Shown here piece after piece: positions 23,765 to 36,600 of a DNA stretch of 64,000 bases. Numbering within the stretch: the stretch's first letter is position 1; each line of letters opens with the position of its first letter. The translations under genes were made by a program, and so were the position numbers. This DNA comes from Phoronis australis. Its lineage: Eukaryota; Animalia; Phoronida. Below the pieces are notes generated by a model. That model searched no databases. It saw only the letters and a list, made by a program, of their open reading frames with translations, and was not told the DNA's origin. Location: assembly GCA_002633005.1 (NCBI GenBank), contig NMRA01000649.1, positions 43,608 through 107,607 on the forward strand, written 5' to 3'.

Positions 23765-26700
23765 ATAAAGCGCCACCGCCTCAGAGCGGTTTTAGAAAGT
23801 CATCTACACAACCGTAGAATAAACTATGATAATGTTTTGGTTCATCTTTTAACTGTTAGTTCTTTGTTTTTTAAGGCTGAGAGTTAAAAGGATACTAAAC
23901 CATATTTTGATGATTTCCGCCAATCCCCATTCTCTCACCTCATGCGTCATTGGTGTCAACCTTCCAGTCAACAGGAATCAACGAAAAACTACTCTCTGTC
24001 AATGACTGGACATCGTGGTCCTTGGTGGGTGGTCTTTCTCTACAGTTGCCATGCAATCACTAAAAGCGTATGTCACGCTTGCTCGTTTAGGAGTTTTCAA
24101 ATTTTCCTCCAAACTTTTGGGGGTTGTCAAGGGTTACAGAGCATTATTTTATTTCAAAGAACTGGATGGCAAAGTTGTTTTAGTATGATTAAATGTATTT
24201 AAGGTTAGGACCCTAGAAAAATATCCAATTTGACTAATTTCAGAACATATCTTAGAAAGGTTGATCATTTCTGTATGTAACTTTAAAAATACCATTCTGT
24301 ATGCTTTCATCTCCAATCACATGACCCAATTAATAGATTGGCATAAATAAAAATATCAAATTCTAGAAGCCTACTTTCAGCAATTTTTTATTGACTTGCA
24401 ATCTATAGTGCTGTTTTGTAGATAAGTGGTTATAAACACAGGCATGTCACAGTCAATAAGGTCCTACATAACATTAAAAGGCAGACTGATTTAATGCGAA
24501 CATTTTGTCTCCTTGTTTCATTCTTGTTTGTACTGTTTCAGATTTCTAGTGTCGCACAGGGAACGGAGAGCTATTCCCAATATATCCAATTTTTCCTGTC
24601 CCATCTCACTGCCCAAGCTTCTCTAATAAACATTTTCTTGGTTTTTATTTTATATTTGACTTAAGACACTGTATTAAAAAAGCACTACAGTCAGTCCTGA
24701 ACTTATACTATCGAGGATGACAGACATTGACTTTATCTAGGGATAGCAACAAGGTTTTTATTTTAGTGTTCGTGCGTTATCTAGGTAACTTCCGTTGGCT
24801 CGACCACAATAAAACTACAAGTTATTACTATGTACGTATATATTACAGTCGGAATATTTACAAAACAGGCTACCTACAATTAATACGCTCAGCGAACAGT
24901 TGTAAAATCCACATGATCTGTCTTGTGGGTAAACACCAGTTAAATGTCTTGAGTAATTGCATGCTGAATACAGCCCTTGGCTACGTCAGGGGCCAGTGTC
25001 TAATCTTACTCGAAGTTTAACTCATTTTATTTTTGTCATTTTCCAATCGACTTTTGTGTGAACTCGAGGTGCCAATTATTCTATGCTTGAGTACATGTCT
25101 TATGCACGAGTATCAAGTTCAAATTTGCACTCGATGACACCTAGATTCGAGCTACAAACTCTAGTAAAACCTCAAGATTTTTAGTAAAAATTTGAAATTT
25201 CGAGTTCAGACTGTTAACTATAGCCTAAACACTGTGGTCACCAAATGCAAATACATGTTCACGCAAACCACTATGTACTCTAGCACAGAATAGAAACTTA
25301 TCATGACGGAAGGATGGATCATTTCATCTGAAAACTATTGGCGGAGTTTTGTATTCAGATACCATACAATGGAAATGAAAGAGCATTTACTCGAACATTT
25401 TCCATGTCAGTTTTGTTTTTATTCAAAATTGAAACTTCCAAACTAACATTATACCATAAAGCATGCTGGGTAACAAACGAATTATTTTCCACGAAATCAA
25501 GAGTTATGTTTCAATACATTTCAGCCAAGTGTTATCTAAAACAATAGATATGCCTTCACAACCAAACTGATAAGTTTCCAACAATTTTTTCAAGACAGCA
25601 TTTGTTATTTAGTAGTTGAAAAATGCAAATAGGAGCTACAAGATACTAATGCAACAGACACCATAATTTGTACAATCTCCAACAGAGGGCAGTGACAACA
25701 GGTAACAAGCGACAAGACAAGCTTAAGGCATTACTGGTCAATTCGTCATATTTTACAGCCTACAAGGGTATTTCGAAAATTTTCTGTAACACGAAATTAA
25801 TAAAAAATAACTCTTGAAACGGGAAGTATGGCATAGTGAGCAAATTTCGAACCAGCGAGTCTGTCTGATATAGCTGTGTTCTCCCCCTGTGCTTTTCAGT
25901 TAAGATAACTGCTCAGTGGTCAACAAGCCTGGAGATTTTCAGTCCCAGGATCATTACATAACAATTTGCCTTCGACTTGACCTACGATGACAGGAATGGG
26001 CAGAAAGCACAAAAAAACGGACTTAATGCGTACAAATTGGAATGTTACTCACACTATGTATGTGGCTGTGCGGAATTGTGGAGTGAAAATAACCATTTAA
26101 AAATCGTTTTTGAACGTAGGTGCCTTGGTCTAAGCACCAAACTATGCTATTAAGCAACAGACTGAAAACTATTACCATAACAATCCTTCAATTTGGGACA
26201 AAAACAATTGCTAAACTTTCCATATTTCTATTTTTCAGAAACTTAGTGCATTGTTCCAAATGCTCAAAATTTTACCAAATGCAGTTTGGTAATAGCTCCG
26301 CCACATAAACCCAGCTCAAAGCAAAATAAATTTTCCTGAAGTTATTTTTGTTGAGAAATCAGACGAAATGAAATTTCACTTGTCTACCATATTGTGTCCC
26401 AAACTGAAGAGATTTTAATCATAATAAACAAACTAAAACTGCACAGCAGTCAGTTTGCAATGAAACAGGGCGAAGATCACTGCTATTAGTGTCAATCAGC
26501 TAGACGTGCGGATACCATGAAATCCAAGACTACACGAGTGGTTGCCACACGAGTGGTTGCCTAATGCTAAGTTGAAGTGTAATCAGATTTTAACTAGACG
26601 AAGACAGTAGGGCAAGCAAAAATCCAAGAAACTGACTAATAAAGTCAGAGATGATCTACATAGCCTGAGAATTCTCTTCAGAAATGAAGAATGAGAACAA

Positions 26701-26767
26701 AGTTCAATCATTGCACACCATAACTTATATGTGCACAGTAAATATTGTTTTGTTTGTTGCCTGGCGA

Positions 26768-27642
26768 CTATTCTATAATCATGCAGTCATCATCCTCCTC
26801 CACTTCAGCAGAGAGCTGCGAACTGCCCACTCCACTACTTGTATCCATGGCAATGTGCGTTGGCTTCTGCGTGATGACCTCTGGTGGCAGTCTGTTGGTT
26901 TCATCAAACAGTTTGGTACTGTGTGCAGGTTTACTAAAAAAGGATGTAATGAGTTTTGCTGACGACTTTGTTGTTGTCGACGGTGACTCACTACGACTAA
27001 GAACTGGCACCGCCTGTTGGGAAGCAGCGGCAATAGCAGCCTCGTGTTGAGCGATGATCTGACTGGGCGACACCTCGACTGTGAACTGTGTTATGCTGGG
27101 TGTGACTCGACCAGTCTTGCTGGAGACTGGCGTGGAACATTTACTACTGTTTACCTTGTCAGTCTTGATAAATATATAGTTCCAGGTACATGGCACAGTC
27201 AGCTCAGTGAGGCCATACCGGCATAGTACCTCCTGATTCACATACCAATGAGCGCGTTTCAATCCCTCACGCCTCTCGTACATGGCGATCTTTTTAATCT
27301 TCATCTCCAGTTGTCGTTTGGAGATCACGTGCTCGTCGCCAGGGCTCTCCGCCGCCTCAGTCTCACTGCCAGCAGTTGAGGTTTTGGGAATGTCCTCGAC
27401 ACTGCTTGCAGAGGTATTCAGCTCCGCGGCAGTACTGTCATCAATGGACTTGTTGAGGTCCACAGAGCTGTTGGGGTCCTGTGGGTTGTCACCTGACCTC
27501 ACCTCACCGCAGGGCTGGTCTTGGGTAGCCTGCGACAATGTGTTACCGCCCATCTTGAGACGCCAGAACTCACGGAATTCCTTCATCAGCTTGGCTACAC
27601 TGTGAGGGTTGCCATGGACCAGGCGGACGAGATCAGGCATGG
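26768..27642 (-). CDS. CHAF1A: CHAF1A exon 14 (winged-helix domain and tail)
   Basis: attccag|CC ATG CCT GAT; encodes AMPDLVRLVHGN...ISKRQLEMKIKKIA...HWYVNQEVL...DDDCMIIE* within ORF 26768..27751. Confidence 0.93.
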
Positions 27643-30600
27643 CTGGAATTATAAAACTAATAATAGTAATAACAATTACAACAAAAATAATACTAATAGA
27701 AATGGCAATGGTAGTGGTGTTGGTACTATTAAAACATACAGCAGTCAGCAAACCCAGAACTAAACAATAATTTTCTCAGAGCTTAAAACGATACCAAAAC
27801 AACTTTCCCGTTCAGTTCTCTGAAATGAAATAATGCTTTGTAACCCTCGACAACCCTAAAAAATTGGAGGAAATTATGAAAACTCCTTGAAAAGTCTCTT
27901 AAATGGGCAAGCGTGACCCACGGTTTTAGAGAATTACACTATTATGGGAAAACACCACCCACCAAGGACCAGAGCGTAGAATTTGTGAAATAGGGGGTAC
28001 AAGTTTTTAGTCGATTCCTGCTTCAAATTTATCTTTCAAGATTGACACCAATGGTGCATTAGCAGGTGACGGAACGAGGATTGGATGAAATCATCAAAGC
28101 AGGGTTTAGTATCCTTTTAAGTAGATTTTTGACCCATTTTCATTGAGGTCACGGTAAAGTTGAAATGTTGAATTGTAAGAGAAAGCAAACTGACTATTTC
28201 CGTTACATAAGCATAGCAGTGCACACCCCAAGAGAGTGGAATGTCAGCGAAAATTGGGGAAAATCTATCTTGCTACTTATCTCGCAAAAGGCGGATGAAA
28301 ACCAAGCACGGGTAAATTCAAATGCGCCCATATTTTAAGACCGCCAGCTGATACAGCGCTTGAATGTTCTTCCATTTTTCTCAACTGTCAAAACTTAAGA
28401 CATCCAAACATTTCAAGTCTTGTTGATAGATGATAGTTAATTCCAGACACTCTTTTGTACCTGATAGAATAGAACACTGGAAAAGTGAAAAAACGGTGTC
28501 GTAGGAAGTCATGAAAAATCCTATTTTTTAGGAAAAATCAGTCATGTGGCTATCACCATCTAGACATTGTTAATTTGGTTCTCTCATCCTACGTAACAAA
28601 GTGTTCATGGGCGTGATCCATACACATTTGTGGTATGAAAGAGAGAAGAATTCACCTCACAATTCAACATTCAAGCCTGGCCTAACAATCACTTCAACAG
28701 CAGCTATTTTGCTAAATGCACTTAAGTAAAGACCTGAGCTTGTTTGGTCGTTTGTTTTTGCGTGGTCTTGCGCGATCCTGCGTTTCACGATTGTCCTGCG
28801 TCTATGGAATGCACCCAGACCCGTGAACTACCAAGTCTGCATTGGAGTACTCTATACACCAGATTTGCAGATTTTTCAATAAATTCGCAAATTTTCGCGT
28901 ACGCACCAAATTTACCCTAAAATATAAGGGGAGGGTTGAATTTTTCGCAGTGGACCTTTCACAAACTTAAAGAAAACAACAGAACAATGGGTTTGCTCAG
29001 CATTCAGAGCTTTTGCCTTATTCTTGCCTCTTTAGTGGAATTTTGTCTTATTTTATCAGACTTTTTTCCTCTCAGGACCATTTTGCCCACGTTGCTAAAT
29101 GGGGGACTGTGGCTCGAGTACTTATCGTCAGCTCAACATGCTACGAAGTCAGTGCAGTCACCATGTCCACAAAAAACAACACGCTACACAACGTGCAGTA
29201 TAAATTCCACAATCCCTTGATTAAGACATTGTTACTCTTTGGAATAACGTGGCAAAAACAGATGTTTCCTTCTTTCAGAAGCTACTTTCTTCACAGCTCA
29301 GAATATGCAACCACTCATGCTTTGCCATTTTGTCAACAGTATGTAGTTAGCCATAAATAGCCGGAAGTAGACAAAGTAAGCAATTCACAAATCACAGAAG
29401 TCGTTGCTTATAGGTTAGGCCTGTGACACACATACCGATAGAAGAGGCCTCGCGATTCGCCGATTATCAGGCTATTTCGAGAATGAAACGAAGCAAGTTT
29501 TCCGAGTTTGTAACTCAACTTTTTGGCTAAAATAATGATTTTACAATATTTCTTTTTTAATTTCTAACTTTAAAATCTTCTTCCTCATCGGTTTCGACTA
29601 CAAATCGGCGTATTTATTGAGAAACAAGAGAATCAATTAACTCTTTTGAATTTGCTGAATTTGCGTATTTTTGCCTGGCGGTGCGTACTTGTGTACTGGA
29701 GGCTTGATTTCCGTACGAATCCGCATTTTTTGCATATGGTATACAGGTCTGCACACCCCAGCAAGTCAACAGGTCTGTGCACCCCAGCACATCAACATGG
29801 CTTACAGAATAATACGTCCACATATAAATATGTGGGTGCATAAAAAGCAATTTAACACAACAGTCGACTACTACAATCACCCCCTAGTGAGTGTCGCGTG
29901 ACCTACCTTCCTCAGGAACACCTTTCTTCAAGTTTTGTTTGAATGCCTTGGGCTTCTGACTAGTTGTCTTGCTATCGCTGGTTGACGCGGTGAATGTTGT
30001 GCCAATGGGTCCGTTTTCAAGGAACGCCACCTGGGGGAGAGCAGCAAACACATGAATCCGACTCTCAATAAAACAGAGACATTTTTCGAGAAAAGCGACG
30101 AGCTGTCTTGCTAATGCCTACAATACGGCCCAGGAGACCATTATGAACAATATTCCTTCCAATGTTCCGTAATCTCACATAAGGATCTTACCTATGATTA
30201 CACCCCTTACAACAAAGCAAGTTTTCCCCAATTTATGCTTCTCTGTATATCTAAATCTGCCTGTTTCTGTCGTTATTGCAAAGCACCTTCAGAAGTGGTT
30301 TTTAAGCATCAAAATTCTCCCAGAAATAATAATGTTGCACAAAGAAAAAACATAAATCTTCTACAAACGTAATATATAAGCCTGAACACAATGATTAGCA
30401 AACTTTACACAACTGGTCTGGTGATGACTCGTGTTCCAAGCACATTTTATTTTGTCCCACTTAATTCAGGGCTTGGAATGACCAATGACAAAAAACGCGG
30501 AAACTTTTACGGCCCAAAACATGCGCGCTACCCACCCTTGAAATAGTCAATGTGAACCATTCGCCAACAAAAATCGGTAGGACTAAAAAATCACACGAGA

Positions 30601-33600
30601 CACCATTGAAAATCCCAGATGCCCCGGTAATGTTGACAATTTACGTTCCTCCAAAACATAAAGAGCAACTTCCGCTTTTCGAGGTGAACGTCGTCGGCAA
30701 TGCCGTGGTAAGAAAGGAATTTGCCGCGGAAATTTTATATCAAATCCAATTTTTTTTACGCGGAAATATAATAAAATGCGCGGACAGAACATTTGAAAAA
30801 AGCGGAAATCCGCGTTTCCGCGGAAAATTCCAAGCCCTGTTAATTGCACCTGTGTGTGGCCTGAAAACAAAACCGGCATCCCACAACACCATACCTTATA
30901 CAGCTGCAGCTTGTCCCAGAGTGTCATGTGATCAGGATCCACCTCATTGGCCCACAAACAGCCAATCACAGCAGCTTTAACAGCCTGAAACTTTCTCTTC
31001 ATCTGCGTTTCCCAATCGTGTGCTTTGGCAATCTGGCGCGCCTTTTTGGCCTCATGGCTCAGCTGAAATTAAAAGTTCCACAATTGTGATGGTTTCAGTC
31101 AGTAATTACACGCATTAATATTAATAAAAAAAATATTATCACATTTATATTAATATAAACACTAAGCTGCTTCACAACAATCTATGGGTTTGATTTTCTT
31201 TCTTTCTCAACCTCAACCCATGAAAGTGCAGTACAAGACAAAAGTAATCAAGACAAAATACCGTTCTCAAAATATTACTGGTAATAATTATTACGACGGT
31301 AAAAGTCTAATTACAGAATAGCTTAGCCACCTCATTATTTTTCCTGTTAATTACGCTTCATTCTCAGTCATCAGGGGAGACTACTCTGAGGATGAATTTG
31401 GGCTCTGACGAGGCGTCATGACAAGGAATTCCAGGGAAGTTTGTCTCAATACTTTCAGCTTGTGCTGAATGCAAGACACACAAAAGTACCTGTTGATAGG
31501 CACACTTACCAGTCAAACGACATTCAGTATCCTATCACCAGTGCTTACCAGTAACATGACATTCAGCATCCTATCACCAGTACTTACGAGTCACAAGACA
31601 TTCAGTATCCTATCACCAGTTTTTACTAGTCACAAGACATTCAGTATCCTATCACCAGTACTTACCAGTCAAATGACATTCAGTATCCTATCACCAGTGC
31701 TCACCAGTCACATGACATTCACAATTATAGCCTCGTATTCATCATAATCAGCAAAAAATGTCCTCGCTACTTTACAACAAACTCAAGAAAACCATTTATC
31801 ATTCTGTGCTTGAGTACATTAGGGTTTACGAAGATGAGTTTCCACTCCAAGTTTGCACCCGGTGACCCCAAAACTAAAGCTACAGTCTGAACTAGAAATA
31901 TCAAGTTTGAACTCTAGCTCGAATTTTGAGGTCATCAAGTGCAAACTTGGATGAGAAACCATCAGGATGAATCGTAATATACTGGAGACTGGAGCAGACA
32001 GTCATAGACTGTCCTGTGTTCTTGTTATAAGAGAGAGAATGTAAAAAAATAAGAATAAGAGTACAAACTCAAATAACCTTAGAATGGATTTTTTGATTTC
32101 CGAAACAGAACAAAAGGAATTTAGGTTTGCAAAATACAGATTCGAGCATTTTTAAAAATGAAACTCGGGCGTGTCCGCAAACACCTACCTCCTCCTCTTC
32201 ATCCAACACTTCATCATCAGACAGGTAACCGTGGGGAACAAAGAAGCCGTCATCATCTTCATCATCAACAGCGTTGTCGGGATCATCTTCGTCCTCGCCC
32301 TATAACAGCAACAGTGAATAAACTGTGGTAAAATATCACGAGGTTAGGGCACAACGTGGCAGACAAATGAAATCAAATTTTCTAATTTATTTCCACAAAA
32401 GATGTGTTGCGTCAAAATAATGATTTTCCGTGGAAAAGCCCTGTAACATTGCCACCAATAGACGGCATTATTAAAACACTGTGGACAACCACAACAATGT
32501 AAGAAGCCTTTGAAACATGTAAAAGAGCAATTTTGACAATTGTTTTTGGTCGTTAATTTTCTGCTGAATTATGCTTCAGTTACGGTTTACCAATAACTTG
32601 CTGCACGCCATTTTATTATTTCTAAAAACCAGCAAAAAGAGCAGTGTCACCTGCAGAAAGAATGAACAACTACTTGAACATGTCTGCTGCAAAACGATCA
32701 AAATTGTTAAATTTGATGGATAAATTTCACAATTTGTAGTAAAATAAAAATAGAATTATTATATCTGCTACTGAAAATGTAACTTCCATTCAAAATCTCC
32801 AATTCATGAAAGAAGTCAGATACCGTTATTTACCGTCTGTTTCTGGAAAACTAGGGTCTTTAAACTACAGTTTGTCATAATCCTGCCACAAGTTGTGCAC
32901 AATGTGAATGGCACACTCACCTCGGAATTAGACAAACTCTCTCCAGGTTCCTCCTCTTCCCACTCCTCATCAGACTCTACGTCATAGTCCAACAAGTCCT
33001 ATGCAAATAAGCAAACTGAACAGTGTGATACGCTTAAAGACATTTTGGAGCACACACACACACACACACACACCACACACCAGTCTAACTACCATATGTG
33101 ACTTACGCTTTATTTGAGTTGCAAGACAACTGTGGGGCACTAAGAACCACACTTTAGGACAAAATGACTAAGTGTTTTCAGGTGAACACTAACTTTACCA
33201 CTCAGGTGAGACCCATATGGTGGATTCACCAGGTGATAGAACGAGGGCTGGCGGAGGTCACCAGAAAGAGGTTTAGTAACAGGGCTTGGAATAACCAATG
33301 ACAAAAAACGCGGAAACTTTTACGGCCCAAATCACGCACGCTACCCAGCCTTGCAATGGTCGATGTGAACCTTTCCCCGACAAAAATCGGGAGGACTAAA
33401 AAAAAAACATTACCACCATCAGTAGCACGCGTCTGCGTCGTTTTAGCTCGTCCGTCCACTCCAAACCCACACAGTTTTGGCTGCAGAGCTGTAGTATTTG
33501 TCGCCGCGGTTTACAATAACACGGGACGCCATTGAAAATCCCACCAGATGCCCCGGCAATGTTGACAATTTACATTCCTCCGAAACATAAAGAGCAACTT

Positions 33601-36600
33601 CCGCTTTTCGAGGAGAATGTTGTCTGCAACGCCGTGGTAAGAAAGGAATTTGCCGCGGAAATTTTATATCAAATCCGATTTTTTTACACGGAAATATAAT
33701 AAAATGCGCGGACAGAACATTTGAAAAAAGCGGAAATCCGCGTTTCCGCGGAAAATTCCAAGCCCTGTAGAAACCTTTTAACAAAGATTCACGAGTCCAT
33801 TCCCAAGAAGGGTCAATCAAGACATAAACTTACCTCGTCCTTCTTTAACGGATTCCGTGGAGAGATTTTCCGACTCGTCTTCCTCCAAGTGCCATAGTAG
33901 GCAGGTCGAATGGTCTCGCTCTTATCAAATTGCAAAAATTTCACCTTCATGCTGGTCTTTGGCCTATTATCATCATCCATCACCACAACCTCGGGGTCAG
34001 ACTTAACTTCACTTTAGGGGGAGAAAGAATTGAAGATATGATTGGGCGACAGACGTTCCCAGTTCCAACTGATATTGTGACCTCATTTTCCATGAGTTCA
34101 AAACGATTTCGTTTTCATTTTCTATGCAAAGTTGTTACTGAGCGCATGAAGAGACTGAACGCACAATTCCAGATACAAAAGTATTTCTCATTGATGAAAT
34201 TTTCATGTTTTTTTACTTTTTCATTTTCCATTCTGTCCTACCTATAGTTACATCACCTCGCGAAGTTAAGGCCTCTCGGTAAATACAAAATTTGGCTACC
34301 ACGGAAGTTGACAGAAAAATGGAATTCGGAGACACTTTAAAGCTTCAATGTTAAAACCAGTTTCATTTAATCTAAGGAAAATACAATTAGAGAAAATTGT
34401 CAACATCGCGAAAGGAGTGTGCAGTAACAGACAAAACTTACGTAAGAAGCGTTCTTTTTGAACTTCTTTTCACGTGTTGTCCAGACTTCAGTTCATCCAA
34501 GTATAGCGTTGATGCATTCTGAAAAATAACAAGGAAATAATGTAAACTCTAGTCTCCTTGGTAACAAAACTACTCTGGAAAATATTGAAGATTTTAGTGG
34601 ACAGACAAGGTGATTTTCACCTTATTTGTTGTTGTCAGATTCTTCATTAGTTTTTCTTAGTTGCATAGCTCTATACGTCCTTCCAATGCCAACAAAGTAT
34701 TATTGCTGTGCAACTCCCGGCGTGAAAAAATTTGATAAACTGCACAAATACCCGTGGATGCGTGATCTGAAAATTTTCGCCTTCCCAACATCAATAAGAG
34801 AAGCGAAAATGAGCCCGATTTCCAAAACTAGGTCACGCGCTTTCTTATCTCCATGACAAAGGAGAGTTCTATCACCGTTTCATTCAGGACGGCCCTATTA
34901 GAAAGCACATATGTTAAGTTGAGGCACACATCCACTTTCATACCTTTCCAACAACTTCATACATGATTACTTTTGATTATAAAAGTGACATCTAGAGCCA
35001 ACATTAAGGTAATACTCGGCACATGATAAACTCTAACACAAGTCAGTAAAGGAACGACTGCAAATAAGATCGTCACGGAGTAGCAAACAAAGCTATCCCA
35101 GCACCTGGGACCAGTTTCTCCAAATGTTGACTTTTTCGTATTTAACCTTCTTCCGAGCAGGTTACGTATTTGACTTCTGGCTTCCAGTCATGGACAGGTT
35201 TTCTGACTTTTAGTCTTAGTCTGACTGCGTGAAACAGGGTACGCCATCCGCAGACTGATTTTTAGTCAAAACATGGGAGCAACTAGACTTTTCAAGAAAC
35301 AGCTCGAAGATTCAATGTATGTGTACTAGTTGTGCAAAGCACATCCTGAACAAGACTACACTTCTTCCAGTGATACATAGAGGCCACGCAACCAGTACTT
35401 GCACCTCGTTCTTTCTCTTCCAAAAACCCAGAAATTAGTGGTTTACTTTATTATTCACCCCCATTTACGTGTTTGATGTATATTTCCCTTGATGACGGCA
35501 TGCCGGAAACAGTTGTTACGTACAAAATGCCAATGAAATTAGCTTTACAACAACATGACTTGCCATTCCCCATCAGCGAGCCCTTGTGCCCAAAACTTCG
35601 CCACTTCTCATAATAATGCACCAAAGCAGTAGTTTTCCACCACCCGAAGTTAATAGGCCGTTATGCCAATAACTCCGGGGTGTTTGTTGGAGACAGTTGA
35701 ATGAAGTGAGCAATTCACCAATCACAGAAGTTGTTAAAAACACTTTAGTTCAATGCCTCCCAGTGAATATTGTTAGAAGTGGCCTCGTGATATGCTAATT
35801 TTTTGTGTGAATGAACACGACAGGTGACTCGGACTTTAGTTAATTTAAATTCAAATTTAATGCAGCGAACGTAATTTTTGAATTGTTGATCAAGAACAAA
35901 ATCTTCTCTGCCCATATCAACCATACGCTCATTGTCTTACATGACACATTAGTAACAAAAAAATCAGCTATGATATTTTAGCCGTGTATTTTTAGTCAAT
36001 ATGTACTACACGTTGCATCTCCATACAAATACGCAGGTTTCGCATATGGTACACAGGTCTCATTATTACCTGCTCTCTCAGGTGAGTGTCCAATGCAGTG
36101 CAGTCGGGACGCTGCACGCGGATGACTGGAGCTAGCACCATGTCCTTTTTGACTTCAAATGCCATGAACGGTCCTGTGGTCTGAGTCATCTTGGGGGGAC
36201 TTTTGGGGGTGTCCACCTTTGTGAAGAACTTGAGTAGAGCGTTTTTCTGGGCATTCTTTTTTCTTTCCTGTAAAGGTGAGAGGAGATTGATTTTTGCACA
36301 GTCAAGATTCTAACAAATAGGAAGGAGGTTAATATCTGATTGTTAAATCCAACAGATCAAAACTTTTGTCAGAGCTAACACAAATAAAAGCAACAGAAAA
36401 GAATGTAGGAGATGAAAACTAGGGGCTATTTCACTAAAATGGGTTTTTGCAGCAGTTTATGTGTTTTTACCAGATACTCTAAAGATCGTGCTCTAATCTT
36501 TTTTACTTGGCATTGAACTCGAACAATTTCTGGCATTTTCTGTCTGTTCTATTCGAACACAAACTCAAGAAACTTGTCTATTAATCTGTGCTCAAGCATT

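Noticed and set aside
26532-26561. ACACGAGTGGTTGCC repeated twice downstream of the CHAF1A stop
   Set aside because: A simple 15-bp slippage duplication with no evidence of function.
27643-27751. Hydrophobic N-terminus (TM or signal-like) of ORF 26768..27751
   Set aside because: It is low-complexity intron sequence upstream of the AG acceptor at 27644-27643; the real exon starts at 27642.
30552-30894. ORFs 30552..30980 (+), 33443..33820 (-) and the tail of 30583..31002 as a duplicated gene
   Set aside because: The shared peptide (KKIGFDIKFPRQIPFLPR) comes from two copies of the same non-coding MITE.
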